From the IMG/VR virus record IMGVR_UViG_3300020577_011395, positions 1 to 64,000 of that record: a stretch of DNA of 64,000 nt, one strand, 5' to 3'. Shown here piece by piece: positions 33,868-43,974 of the stretch; positions within the stretch are counted from its first letter, which is position 1; every line of letters starts with the position of its first letter. A model generated the notes under the pieces. It was not told the DNA's origin, did no database searches, and was given only the letters and a program-made list of their open reading frames with translations. A program made the position numbers and the translations under genes. The DNA is from a virus (lineage: Duplodnaviria > Caudoviricetes).

Positions 33868-34454
33868 TGAAGGCCCTAGTAATAGATACAGAAACAACGG
33901 GCTTAGATATAACAATTCATGAGATAATTGACATTGCTTTTATAGAAGCAACTCTCAACTTGGTTGGAGAATATAAAATAGTTGATCAATACTCTGTTAA
34001 AATTAAGCCTATGAACCTGCATTCTGCGGATAAATATGCATTAAAAATTAATGGCTATAATGACTATGATTGGAAAAACTCTCGCCCAATCACCGAGATT
34101 CTAGATATGCTCAAAGCAAAGATAGAGTCGGTAGAAGTTTTAGTCGGGCAGAATTTAATATTTGATATGAGATTTATTAAGCAATCTTTTATAAATCATG
34201 GTAAAATACCACCTATATTTCCAAAATATATTGATACAAAACGTATGGCAATGCCACTTGTTAAGAGTGGGGTTCTAAAGGCTTCAAATATGGATGTTCT
34301 TTGTGAGCACTATAAAATTTCTTATAGTGGTAAAGCACACACAGCTTTGGCAGATTGTGAGAGAACTTTAAAAGCTTGGAAGTGTCTATTAAACGATAGT
34401 GTAGAAATGCCGTTTTATACTTATGAGAAAAACTATGACCCATACAAAGCTTAA
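33867..34454 (+). CDS. DEDDh 3'-5' exonuclease (DnaQ-like)
   Basis: IDTETTG, NLIFD and HTALAD motifs. Confidence 0.9.
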   Translation: MKALVIDTETTGLDITIHEIIDIAFIEATLNLVGEYKIVDQYSVKIKPMNLHSADKYALKINGYNDYDWKNSRPITEILDMLKAKIESVEVLVGQNLIFDMRFIKQSFINHGKIPPIFPKYIDTKRMAMPLVKSGVLKASNMDVLCEHYKISYSGKAHTALADCERTLKAWKCLLNDSVEMPFYTYEKNYDPYKA

Positions 34455-34830
34455 TAAAAAAGCATTAGACATTATTGTTAAAACATTTAATTCTATTCAA
34501 GATTCTCGCAAAAGAGATTTAATTGCAGAAGTAATGATGTCCTATCCAGAAAATTTCTTAGAATTTATTGAAAACGTTGACAAACAAGCTTATGAAAAAA
34601 TAATGGCAAAAGCCTAGAATATTAACTATCTATAATATAAGCATTTTTCAGGAGGGATTTTATTATGAAAAAAACAGAAAACGCCCTACAGCAAATTCAG
34701 CTAGAAATGCCAGATTACTCAAGAGAATACTACGAATACAAAAAAAAGTTAGAGAAACAGGCCTCTAAGGAACAACAAAGGGTTATTATTATAGATATTT
34801 GAAGTTCATAAAATACATTTAATTTTTTAG

Positions 34831-34861
34831 AAACTACTTATGTCAATAGCATAAGTAGTTT
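34831..34861. promoter_or_regulatory. inverted repeat built from the ACTACTTAT motif (terminator and/or opposed phage promoters)
   Basis: AAACTACTTATG / CATAAGTAGTTT followed by a T-run. Confidence 0.5.
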
Positions 34862-34876
34862 TTTTATTCCTAAAAA

Positions 34877-35455
34877 ATGATACTCCTAGAAAATATTGGT
34901 CCTGATGACCTTAAAAAATATATTAAAGAGTTCTATAATTATGCAAAGAAACATTTGCAGTTAGAAGAAATGCCAAAAGTTGTCTTGAAGAAAGACAGTA
35001 AAAACGCAGAAGATATGTTTGGCAAAACTGGTTTTTATGAACCAAAAAGCAAAACAATAGCTCTGTTTACTGTTAATAGACATCCAAAAGATATTTTAAG
35101 GTCTTTTGCTCATGAACTAATACACCATAAACAAAATTGTGGTGGTTTATTTAATGAAATGGATATGTCAAGAACATCTGATATAGCTTATGCAAAAAAC
35201 GATAAAGACCTCAAAAAAATGGAAGAACAAGCATTTTTAGAAGGCAATATGATGTTTCGTAACTGGTGTGATGAAAATAAAATAAAAAGGACACAAATCA
35301 TGAGTGAATCTAAGAAAAATGAAGAGGTTGTACAGGGTGCAGAGAAGATCCCGCATCCAGAACTCTTCCAGAAAAAAGAGAGAATTTTTAAAGAAAGATT
35401 CCAAAGCCACGAAGAGGTTCTATATCAGGAACTTCTTAAGCGTGCGATAAAATAA
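34877..35455 (+). CDS. HExxH metallopeptidase-like protein
   Basis: DILRSFAHELIHHKQ...E. Confidence 0.6.
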   Translation: MILLENIGPDDLKKYIKEFYNYAKKHLQLEEMPKVVLKKDSKNAEDMFGKTGFYEPKSKTIALFTVNRHPKDILRSFAHELIHHKQNCGGLFNEMDMSRTSDIAYAKNDKDLKKMEEQAFLEGNMMFRNWCDENKIKRTQIMSESKKNEEVVQGAEKIPHPELFQKKERIFKERFQSHEEVLYQELLKRAIK

Positions 35456-35607
35456 TGGCTAGAGAGTTTATCATAACTAATATTAGTTCTTCAAATGTGC
35501 AGCATACTAGCACTGCTCCGTATGTGCCTTTTGTTTTGTCTATTCCTGGGCCTTTGTCCATAAGAAATAGAATCTCGCCATATACTTTGAATATTGGAAA
35601 ATAATAA

Positions 35608-36357
35608 ATGAAAATGCCAATTAAAGAGACAATCTGTATATACCCAGGACGTTTTCAACCAATGGGCTTACATCACGTAAATATTTTTAAAAGCTTACAG
35701 GAAAAGTATGGTGAAGATAACGTGTATGTTACAACCACCAATGAAGTACAACTACCAAATTCTCCTTTAAATATAAACGAAAAAAAGCTTATAATGTCAA
35801 TGCACGACATACCAAGAAAAAATATTGTTGAAGCACAAAATTTGTTTTCTTTCAACGAAGTGTTAAATGGAAGGAATTTAGAAGAAACAGCAGTTATTTT
35901 TGCAGCTGGTAAAAAGACGTTAAAAGAAAATAAAAAGTGGATCAAAGAAAATAGTACAAAATTCAAGAAGATTTCAGAAGGCAAAAAACACAAATTAAAG
36001 CCCATTTGTGAAACTGCGTATATATTTGAATTAAAACAAAGTAAAACAAAAATACAAGAAACTGGCTTAATTATTAATGGTGGTACAGATATCAGAGAAG
36101 CTCTAGCTAGTGGTGATGAAAAGTCTTTTAGATCTATTATGGGTTTTCATAATGATATGATTAGAGAATTGCTAGCTAAAAAATTTGCAGGCGCTAAGTC
36201 ATTTAATAGAAAAGAAGATGAAAAGTTAGAAGAAAATAAAATTTCTAATATCATTAAAGAAACAGTAAATGAGCTTTCACTTGTGCAGAATAATAAATAT
36301 TTTTTGTTATCTGAGCAAGAAATAAAGTATTTTAAAAACAAAGAAGAGGATAAATAA
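35608..36357 (+). CDS. cytidyltransferase-like (HIGH-type nucleotidyltransferase fold) protein
   Basis: IYPGRFQPMGLHH motif. Confidence 0.7.
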   Translation: MKMPIKETICIYPGRFQPMGLHHVNIFKSLQEKYGEDNVYVTTTNEVQLPNSPLNINEKKLIMSMHDIPRKNIVEAQNLFSFNEVLNGRNLEETAVIFAAGKKTLKENKKWIKENSTKFKKISEGKKHKLKPICETAYIFELKQSKTKIQETGLIINGGTDIREALASGDEKSFRSIMGFHNDMIRELLAKKFAGAKSFNRKEDEKLEENKISNIIKETVNELSLVQNNKYFLLSEQEIKYFKNKEEDK

Positions 36358-37244
36358 TGTCTGAATTAAATAAATTGAAAGAACATATTCGTGGAATTCT
36401 ATTAGAGAATAAGAAAGCTCAAAAAAGAGAATTTATCGAACAAACAATAAATGAATATAAACTTAGAAAAACTATAAGAAAAATGCTTAAAGAAGCAGAA
36501 GATATCGTTACTCACGAATCAACTGGTATCAACGTTCTTGCTGACTTGCTTGAAACCATCGTACCGATTCTTAAGTCGTTCTATAAAAAACTTGGAACAG
36601 ACATCCAACAGAGAAAGTCTTTCCGCGCTCATATTATTAAAAGCGTTCAAAACATGTTGGCTCCTATTTCTGTTATGTTTAGAGCTGGTGGACAATCTGG
36701 TGCGCCACCTGTACAAAAACCAGAAGTACCTCAAAATGAACTTGTTGAGTCAGTTTCTGAGGAAGTTAAAATTAACGTTCCAAAAAATGACGTTGACCCA
36801 AATTCACCAGACGCAGATCCAGCCTACATTCCTTTAAAGGCCGACAGAAAGGAAATGGGCAAGCAACAGGAAGAAAAACCACAAGATCCAAAGGCTGACG
36901 ACTATTTCGTTGAAGTTGAAGGTGAAGATGAAACCGGTAGAAATATTGCTCTACAGGCATTTAAACGCGTAGAAAAGCAAACCCGTGAAGCATTTAGCAT
37001 TCTAGCAAATGAAGATGATAGAAACTTATTTTATGATTACCTTATTACAAATCTCAAATTATATTTTGACAAGTTTGAAGACGAACTTCAAACCATGGTT
37101 CCAGAACCAACCACTCAAGAGTATGAGGCTGAAAAGGGTCGTAAAGACGCTGCATTAACTGCTGGAACTCCGACTCAGCAACCCGGAAGTCAGCAACCAG
37201 CAAGCCTAGGTAATGTGCCTTCGGCGGCTGGTACACCGAAATAA
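36357..37244 (+). CDS. hypothetical, possible virion/head protein
   Basis: repeated I/L-x-E motifs and an acidic, Pro-rich linker. Confidence 0.5.
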   Translation: MSELNKLKEHIRGILLENKKAQKREFIEQTINEYKLRKTIRKMLKEAEDIVTHESTGINVLADLLETIVPILKSFYKKLGTDIQQRKSFRAHIIKSVQNMLAPISVMFRAGGQSGAPPVQKPEVPQNELVESVSEEVKINVPKNDVDPNSPDADPAYIPLKADRKEMGKQQEEKPQDPKADDYFVEVEGEDETGRNIALQAFKRVEKQTREAFSILANEDDRNLFYDYLITNLKLYFDKFEDELQTMVPEPTTQEYEAEKGRKDAALTAGTPTQQPGSQQPASLGNVPSAAGTPK

Positions 37245-37334
37245 TGGATAGTAGAAGTAGGGTCATGGACCAGAGCAGACTAACCTAGAACCAATAAGTG
37301 TTAAAGTTTTCAATTAAAACAAAGGAAAAATAAG

Positions 37335-37628
37335 ATGAATGCACACAGAAGAAAAAAAACAGCTAGAATAGAACGCAGCAAAGAATTAAGTTTGGTAGAA
37401 AAAGTCATAGAAATTACCAAGGAAGATCTTAAAAAACTTGCCGTTGCAGAGACTTTCGAGGAGAAACAAGAAGTAGTTAAAGAAGTACTACCAGTACAAG
37501 AACAAGTACTAGAACAAGTTGAAGAAGTTGTTCAGCCAGTTGAAGAAACTAAAGTAGAATTTTCAGAAGCAGCAGAAGAAACTACTGTAAAAAATAAGCC
37601 AGGCCGCAAGAAAAAAGTAGAAGTTTAA
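37335..37628 (+). CDS. low-complexity Glu/Val/Lys-rich protein
   Basis: AAGGA RBS; composition. Confidence 0.55.
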   Translation: MNAHRRKKTARIERSKELSLVEKVIEITKEDLKKLAVAETFEEKQEVVKEVLPVQEQVLEQVEEVVQPVEETKVEFSEAAEETTVKNKPGRKKKVEV

Positions 37629-37658
37629 CAAAAATAAACACACTGTTATACTGTCCCC

Positions 37659-37943
37659 ATGGACAAAAAAACTTTTAAACAAATAGGGACAGAAATAGGT
37701 ACTTTGGTAGAAGAAAAAAATTCTGCATATGGTAGTTCGTTTGCTGAGTCTTATAAGATACTTAATACTTTATATCCTAATGGTATAAAGCCAGAACAAT
37801 ATACTGATGCTCTTGCAATAATAAGAGTCATTGACAAATTATTTAGAATAGCAAATAAAAAAGATGCCTTTGGGGAATCCCCTTGGAAAGATATTGCTGG
37901 ATATGCAATTTTAGGAATCAGCAACGATGAATCAAAAAAGTAG
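37659..37943 (+). CDS. nucleotide-modification-associated (MazG/dUTPase-like helical) domain protein
   Basis: KNSAYGSSF...DKLFRI...ESPWKDIAGYAIL. Confidence 0.65.
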   Translation: MDKKTFKQIGTEIGTLVEEKNSAYGSSFAESYKILNTLYPNGIKPEQYTDALAIIRVIDKLFRIANKKDAFGESPWKDIAGYAILGISNDESKK

Positions 37944-38268
37944 AGAACTATATTCTGTTTCTAAAGAGCTAAAAAAAGAACATAAAAGCAACGATCTATT
38001 TGAAATTATGTTGTCTAGGTTACCGTTAGAAGACCTTATTGCTCTTAAATTGGAAGTTGCATTTAAGTCTATGGGAACTCCAGTATATGGAATCCCTATT
38101 TTTAAAGCTACTTCTAGAGCGGTTAAAGAAGCAACATTAAAATACGCAATTTCAGCCACTGATTCTAAAAGACAGGCAGCAATGTTGTTGGGATTAAATT
38201 ATTTAAGTTTTATTAAACAGTTAAAAAAGTACAATTTATTGGAGTATTATAATAAAAATGATAACTGA
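37927..38268 (+). CDS. Fis-like HTH protein
   Basis: KRQAAMLLGL...LKKYNL. Confidence 0.6.
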   Translation: MNQKSRELYSVSKELKKEHKSNDLFEIMLSRLPLEDLIALKLEVAFKSMGTPVYGIPIFKATSRAVKEATLKYAISATDSKRQAAMLLGLNYLSFIKQLKKYNLLEYYNKNDN

Positions 38269-38833
38269 TATTATGCTAAAAAGTATTATGCCATCAGCAC
38301 CGATTGCTAATATTTCTATGTATTCTGAGGCTTTTTCAAAAATATTGCCAAAGTATAAAATTGATACACCAAAGAGAATTGCTGCTTTTTTAGGGCAGAT
38401 AGCAGTTGAAAGTGGCCAATTAAAATTTACTAAAGAACTACCCAGCAAGTGGAACAAAAAGAACCCGAAAGATCCAAAAGAGCCTGTTGGATCACTTTAT
38501 GAAGGAAGAAAATTACTTGGAAATAACCAACCAGGTGACGGACCAAAATTTATTGGTCGTGGAATTCTTCAATTGACAGGACGAAATAATTATGATAGTT
38601 TTGGTAAAAAGGTTGGTGAGGATCTAATTAGTAAACCAGAACTTGCGTGTGACCCAATTATTGCTACTAAAATAGCTTGTCAATATTTTGTTGATAAAGG
38701 TTTATTGGAACTAGCAGATGTTTGGAATTTAGACGAAATAACAAGAAAAGTTAATGGTAACGCAAAGCTACACCTAATAGAAAGAATCGCTTTCTCCGAA
38801 CGAGCACTAAGGATTTTAAATGCAAAAGTCTAG
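38258..38833 (+). CDS. GH19 endolysin (chitinase/lysozyme-like)
   Basis: AAFLGQIAVES, GRGILQLTGRNNY and ITRKVNG motifs. Confidence 0.9.
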   Translation: MITDIMLKSIMPSAPIANISMYSEAFSKILPKYKIDTPKRIAAFLGQIAVESGQLKFTKELPSKWNKKNPKDPKEPVGSLYEGRKLLGNNQPGDGPKFIGRGILQLTGRNNYDSFGKKVGEDLISKPELACDPIIATKIACQYFVDKGLLELADVWNLDEITRKVNGNAKLHLIERIAFSERALRILNAKV

Positions 38834-39303
38834 ACACCCAGCGCATGAACACAAAGATAGCATCTCATACAATTCGTTGTATGACGCCTTTGCCTGTGTT
38901 CAGTGTAATTCATGGCTTGAGCCAAAATGCGATGATAATAAGTGCGTCTTTTGCGCGCTCCGACCAGAAAGTCCGATAAAACAAAAAGAACTGCCCAGAA
39001 GCTAACACCCAAATAATAGCATCTGGATTCTACGAAGGAGGCTAAAATGGAAGAACAAAAAGTAAAGCACTGGACAAATGAAGGGTACTTCCCAACATTT
39101 GAAGAAGCAGACAAAGTAAGAAACTCACTCAAAAATAACGATACAAGCGGATTCCTACAGGTTAAAGTTAAAACCTGTGGTGGGGAACGACGTCTTTATG
39201 TTGTCAAGTCTAGAGTCGATGAGTCTCTTGTAAATAAATTAAATGAAGTTGAAAACGATCTGAAGAAAGTTAAAGAAAGAAAGAAAAAATAAGAGGGCTT
39301 CCT

Positions 39304-39900
39304 ATGAAACAAAATTGGATGTCAGCTACAAAGCCCACAGCTGAAGAAGAAATAGAAGATCTAAATGATGTAGAAGAAATAGATAATTCTATCTTTTTTT
39401 ATACTGAAGTGACAAAAAAATCAGTTTATGAACTCAATAAAAAACTGAAAAAGATATCTGACAATTTAATAAATATTTCTAATACTCTTGGAATACCGCC
39501 TCCAAGTATAAAGATTCACATAAATAGTCCTGGTGGTAGTTTACTAGATTGCTTTGCTGCTGTAGACGCAATAAGAAAATGTAAAGTTCCAGTTCACACT
39601 ATTATAGAAGGCAGCGCAGCAAGTGCTGCAACGTTAATGTCTGTTGTTGCAAAAGAACGATCAATAAATAAACACGCATTTATGCTGATACATCAGCTAT
39701 CAGGTGGTATGTGGGGTAAGTTTGAAGAGATGAAAGATGAGTTTCAAAACTCAAAAATATTTATGGATACATTAATACGAATTTATTCAGAGAACACAAA
39801 AATACCAAAAGTAATATTAAAAGAAATACTAAAAAAAGATTTATATTGGGACGCAAAAACCTGCCTAAAATACGGGCTGGTTGACAAGATCGACGGGTGA
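39304..39900 (+). CDS. clpP: ClpP-like protease
   Basis: INSPGG, AASAA, MLIHQ and YGLVD motifs. Confidence 0.85.
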   Translation: MKQNWMSATKPTAEEEIEDLNDVEEIDNSIFFYTEVTKKSVYELNKKLKKISDNLINISNTLGIPPPSIKIHINSPGGSLLDCFAAVDAIRKCKVPVHTIIEGSAASAATLMSVVAKERSINKHAFMLIHQLSGGMWGKFEEMKDEFQNSKIFMDTLIRIYSENTKIPKVILKEILKKDLYWDAKTCLKYGLVDKIDG

Positions 39901-39953
39901 GTGTAGAGTGTTATCCTCGCTGAACGCTCCCGAGACGAAAAAAAAATAAAACA

Positions 39954-39988
39954 GCCCCTTGACAGACGGACGGGGCCATGCTAGAGTA
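39954..39988 (+). promoter_or_regulatory. tRNA-array promoter, identical 35-bp copy at 42033-42067, related copy at 45134-45162
   Basis: GCCCC-TTGACA-GACGGACGGGGCCATGC-TAGAGT-A. Confidence 0.85.
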
Positions 39989-40027
39989 GGTTCATAAGCT
40001 AGCGCAACAGGTTAAAATAAAACATAA

Positions 40028-40102
40028 GCGGGCATGATGTAATTGGCAACATTCCAGACTTCCAATCTGGCCTTACCAGATCATTGCTGGTTGTCCGCTC
40101 CA
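40028..40102 (+). tRNA. tRNA-Gly(TCC), atypical T-loop ATCATTG
   Basis: GCGGGCA/TGTCCGC-T-CCA; CCAGA-CTTCCAA-TCTGG. Confidence 0.8.
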
Positions 40103-40125
40103 CCTTCAAAAGAAAAGAGATAAAA

Positions 40126-40548
40126 ATGACTGTAAAAAAGAATACTAAACCTAAAGTTGTAATTCCAAAGATTAGTCAAGGCGATATGGTATATTTTGCT
40201 GAGAATTCTCATAGTCTTCAAACAGGTATGAAGCCAAACCACCTGTATGAAGTTGCTGGGGTAGACAAAGATGCTCGCACTGTTTTTATTGACCTAGACG
40301 GGAATAATAAACTAGCTCAAGTAGATATTATGGATTGTTTAGTACAAGATGTAGATAAAGACTTTGACCGTGGATACAAGCTTGGAAAAAAAATCGCTGA
40401 TCGCATGAAATGCGTTCTTCGAGAAGAATTAAAAAATGAAGCTGTTTATGGAGAAAATTTCTTACACGGATTCCAAGAATATGTAAATTATAATTCTGAG
40501 TTCGAAGATATTATAGAGAATAATCAAAAATTAGTTGAATACTGGTAA
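40126..40548 (+). CDS. hypothetical protein
   Basis: ORF between tRNAs. Confidence 0.6.
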   Translation: MTVKKNTKPKVVIPKISQGDMVYFAENSHSLQTGMKPNHLYEVAGVDKDARTVFIDLDGNNKLAQVDIMDCLVQDVDKDFDRGYKLGKKIADRMKCVLREELKNEAVYGENFLHGFQEYVNYNSEFEDIIENNQKLVEYW

Positions 40549-40562
40549 TATAAAGTAATTAT

Positions 40563-40639
40563 CCGGGTGTAGCTCAGTCGCGAAGAGCATCTGATTTGGG
40601 ATCAGAAGGCCGCAGGTTCGATTCCTGTCACCCGGACCA
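40563..40639 (+). tRNA. tRNA-Pro(TGG)
   Basis: cloverleaf; TCTGA-TTTGGGA-TCAGA; CCA. Confidence 0.92.
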
Positions 40640-40658
40640 ACCTTCTGAGAAGGTATTA

Positions 40659-41279
40659 ATGAAGTTAAGCGAAATCTCGATAGAAGAACTTTCTAAAATT
40701 ACTAAAGAAAGTTCTTCGTATGCTGAAGTCTTCCGACGTTTGGGAAGAAAGACCCATAGTGGCATGGGCCTAAAATATTTAAAGATAAAGTTAGAAGAAA
40801 ATAATATAGATGTTGGACATTTTAAAAGAGTTATAAAGCCAAATTCTATACCTAGATTAACAGCAGAAACAATTTTTCAAGATAACTATAAAATAAGATG
40901 TACCGCAAAAAAATTAAGAAAAACTCTTTTAAGTGTTGGCGTTGAACATAAATGTGCTGTATGTTCATTAACAACTTGGCAAAATAATAAAATTGTTTTA
41001 GAAATAGATCATATAGATGGCAATCCGCTAAACAACAAGATAGAAAATTTAAGATTTATATGTCCCAACTGCCACTCGCAAACGAATAATTATGGTTCTA
41101 AAAATATGAAAAAACAAACCAAGAAAGTTTATATAAAGCGCCAACGAAAAACAAAAATAAATTGGCCTTCAAAAGAAAAGCTACAAGAACTTCTAGACAA
41201 GAATTCTTTTGAAGAAGCTGCAAGATTTCTTGGTGTATCATCAAATGCAATTAGAAAAAGACTAAAAAAGGAGTATTAG
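40659..41279 (+). CDS. HNH homing endonuclease with C-terminal HTH
   Basis: CAVC...EIDHIDGN...NLRFICPNCHS; AARFLGVSSNAIRKRL. Confidence 0.9.
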   Translation: MKLSEISIEELSKITKESSSYAEVFRRLGRKTHSGMGLKYLKIKLEENNIDVGHFKRVIKPNSIPRLTAETIFQDNYKIRCTAKKLRKTLLSVGVEHKCAVCSLTTWQNNKIVLEIDHIDGNPLNNKIENLRFICPNCHSQTNNYGSKNMKKQTKKVYIKRQRKTKINWPSKEKLQELLDKNSFEEAARFLGVSSNAIRKRLKKEY

Positions 41280-41343
41280 GTTAATGGTAAACCGGGGAGC
41301 TGTCGACTCTCAAAAAAGGGTTCAATTCCCTTATACTCCGCCA
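41270..41343 (+). tRNA. tRNA-Asp(GTC), overlaps the HNH stop codon
   Basis: GGAGTAT/ATACTCC-G-CCA; loop CTGTCGA. Confidence 0.88.
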
Positions 41344-41852
41344 TTTTCTTTAAAAGGATTTATAAAATGTCTCTACTAAAGAATAGAGTAAGCGGAAAAG
41401 TAAAGTTTTTATTCTACCAAGCTGGTCAGCTATGGTATGAGTGTGAAGATAGTTACAGATTTTCAGTAGATGTTCCCGGAGATACTGGAACAGGTAGATT
41501 TCTTGTCGAAGATAAGGGTCTATATTTTATGAGATATATTAGAAAGTCAATGAATTTAGAGGAGTAAAATAATGTCTGAAAATCTATATAAACAATGTGT
41601 ACTAGTAAAATCAGTTGGAGAATCAAAAATCTTTGATACTTCTTGGATTCCTCAAAAATTCGCTAAGCAAGGCAAACAATTAAAAATTAAGAATTCTCAT
41701 GGTATCTGGGAAGATGGTTGGACTGTAGAATCAGCAGGAACAAATGCACTAGAGTTCGTTGCTCTACAGAGACAAGAAGATTCTCAGAGATATCTAGCTC
41801 ATAAAGTAGCAATTAAGGACGATAGAAGTTTAAGTAAGTAAAAATAGAATAC

Positions 41853-41945
41853 GGAAGGTTGGCCGAGTCTGGTTTAAGGCGACAGTCTTGAAAACTGTAG
41901 AACCTCAAAAGGGTTCCGTGAGTTCAAATCCCACACCTTCCTCCA
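41853..41945 (+). tRNA. tRNA-Ser(TGA)
   Basis: long variable arm; ACAGT-CTTGAAA-ACTGT. Confidence 0.92.
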
Positions 41946-41948
41946 ATT

Positions 41949-42023
41949 GGGTCGATAGTGAAATGGCTATCACAGCAGTCTCCAAAACTGCCTTTCTAGG
42001 TTCGAGTCCTAGTCGGCCCGCCA
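41949..42023 (+). tRNA. tRNA-Trp(CCA)
   Basis: GCAGT-CTCCAAA-ACTGC; CCA. Confidence 0.92.
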
Positions 42024-42081
42024 CAATAAGATGCCCCTTGACAGACGGACGGGGCCATGCTAGAGTAAGAAAATAAAGTAC

Positions 42082-42120
42082 GGGGAAGCGGCAAAGTTGG
42101 AGAGTTGGAGTGGACTATAA
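42082..42120 (+). pseudogene. 5' half of a disrupted tRNA (probably Tyr)
   Basis: GGGGAAG-CG-GCAAAGTTGGAGAGTTGG-A-GTGGA-CTATAA, stops in the anticodon loop; directly after a promoter. Confidence 0.7.
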
Positions 42121-42158
42121 TAAATTTAACCTTTCAATTTTTCAAAACTATATATAGT

Positions 42159-42680
42159 ATGAACACTATAAAATGTAAAAGTTGTCAAGAATATTTTGAA
42201 GTTACTGCCAATACTAAAAGAAAAATTTTTTGTAATAGAAAGTGTTCTGCTCAATATAATAATAAGCGTAGAATAGTTTCTGAATCTACAAGACTAAAAT
42301 ATAGTGAAAATCTCAAAAATAGAATTAAAGTGAATGGCCCACTAACTTCCGGGGAAACGGCTATAAAATATGGCTCGGATAGTCAAAAAGGCAAGCATAA
42401 TAAAGAAATAAAATCAATTTATGAATGTTCCTCTCGTACTAGAGAAAAAATAATTAAACGCTTAAAAATGGGTTGTTCTAGGTGTGGTTGGTCTGAAGGT
42501 AATGGCGACATACATCATATAAATGGAAGAAAAATAGAAGACGCTAATAATATGTCAAATCTTTGTTATTTGTGCCCTAATTGTCATAGATTATGTCACG
42601 AAGGCAAAATATTAAAAGAATCTTTAATTCCTTTATCAAAAACAATACCTGAAAACTGGAAAGAATATTATTATGGTTGA
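42159..42680 (+). CDS. HNH homing endonuclease
   Basis: CKSC..FCNRKC N-domain; CSRC...DIHHI...NLCYLCPNCHRLCH. Confidence 0.88.
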   Translation: MNTIKCKSCQEYFEVTANTKRKIFCNRKCSAQYNNKRRIVSESTRLKYSENLKNRIKVNGPLTSGETAIKYGSDSQKGKHNKEIKSIYECSSRTREKIIKRLKMGCSRCGWSEGNGDIHHINGRKIEDANNMSNLCYLCPNCHRLCHEGKILKESLIPLSKTIPENWKEYYYG

Positions 42681-42766
42681 GTTCCCGTAGCGGCGAACGG
42701 AGCAAGCTGTAACCTTGCCACCCAAAGAGGTAAACACCGTAGGTTCAATTCCTACCTCAACCACCA
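42675..42766 (+). tRNA. tRNA-Tyr(GTA), overlaps the HNH stop codon
   Basis: GGTTGAG/CTCAACC-A-CCA; GCAAG-CTGTAAC-CTTGC; long variable arm. Confidence 0.9.
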
Positions 42767-42774
42767 ATTTTTAT

Positions 42775-42849
42775 GGCCCTATAGTATAACGTATATTACA
42801 CTTGGCTACGAACTAAGAAATCAAGGTTAAATTCCTTGTAGGGCTACCA
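42775..42849 (+). tRNA. tRNA-Arg(ACG)
   Basis: CTTGG-CTACGAA-CTAAG; CCA. Confidence 0.85.
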
Positions 42850-43271
42850 AGAAAAGAGTTTCTTAAATGAAAAAAGAAATGAAAAAAGAAAAGAAAAATT
42901 AAATTTAGTTTTTGAAAAGATAAATGATTATAACCTAGCCGAACTAGAACTGGCAGTTAAAAAAGCAAAAGAAGCTATGCAAAATGGTTCTTGGACAAAT
43001 ATAAAATTATCTTATGATACTACTGATGAGTATGACGACGAATGTGGCGAGTATATAGAAGACGTTGAAATACATTTATTTGGAAGTCGTTTAGAAACAG
43101 ATAAAGAATTTGAAGATAGATTAGTACAAGAAGCAGAAAACGAAAGACTTCGTAAAGAATATCTTCTTAAAGAAAAAGAAAGGCTAAAACAAGTAGAACT
43201 TAAAAAAGTAGAAGAACGAAATGAGCTACAAGAATATAAGCGCCTTAAAGCTAAATATGGATAAGATATAT

Positions 43272-43343
43272 GCGGATGCGATTTTGGAACAGTCTAGGTT
43301 GCCAACTTGGACAAAATGGGTTCGATCCCCATCGTCCGCGCCA
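43272..43343 (+). tRNA. tRNA-Gly(GCC), reduced D-arm
   Basis: loop TTGCCAA; T-arm ATGGG-TTCGATC-CCCAT; G-CCA end. Confidence 0.7.
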
Positions 43344-43363
43344 ATTTTGAAAGAAAGATGAAT

Positions 43364-43449
43364 GGTCCTCTGGTGGAATTTGGTAGACACACTAGGTTTA
43401 GACCCTAACGCCTTCGGGCATCACGGTTCGAGTCCGTGGGGGATCACCA
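43364..43449 (+). tRNA. tRNA-Leu(TAG)
   Basis: loop TTTAGAC; long variable arm; CCA. Confidence 0.9.
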
Positions 43450-43454
43450 ATAAT

Positions 43455-43530
43455 GCTGCTTGAGCTAGTATGGTTATAGCACCAGTCTGAAGAACTGGCA
43501 AACTTGGTTCAATTCCAAGAGGCAGCACCA
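43455..43530 (+). tRNA. tRNA-Phe(GAA)
   Basis: CCAGT-CTGAAGA-ACTGG. Confidence 0.9.
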
Positions 43531-43974
43531 ACAACTGAAAAGAAGTATGCTAACATTGAGGTGCAGAATGGGTCTGCTAACTCACAATAAGAGTCGAGAA
43601 GTTAGCAGGTGCTCCACCCTTTCTTATGGGAGATTTCTAATTCTGAGGTTAAAATGTCAGAAATACTAAAGAAATATTTAGATCTTGACATTGAAGTTGA
43701 TCTTTTATTAAGACACGGATTTGAAGAAGAAGCCAATAAAGTGCTTGACAAGCAGGACGAGCTGTGGTACAAACTGTCCGAAGATGAGCACAACTGGCTG
43801 GATAAGAGATAAGCCATCATAGAATTTGGTTCAAAAATTTATTAAACCCTATCTTTAGAAAGATTCAATTTTGGACAGATAGACCTTACGTTATCTATTC
43901 AATCTTTGATGAGGAACTGAATAAAGTTGTTGGTTATGGCTTCGGAAGAGTAAAATATTACAAATAAAATATAT

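Noticed and set aside
43565-43625. Hairpin CTGCTAACT/AGTTAGCAG as a defined ncRNA
   Set aside because: A single 9-bp stem with no further recognisable motif is insufficient support.
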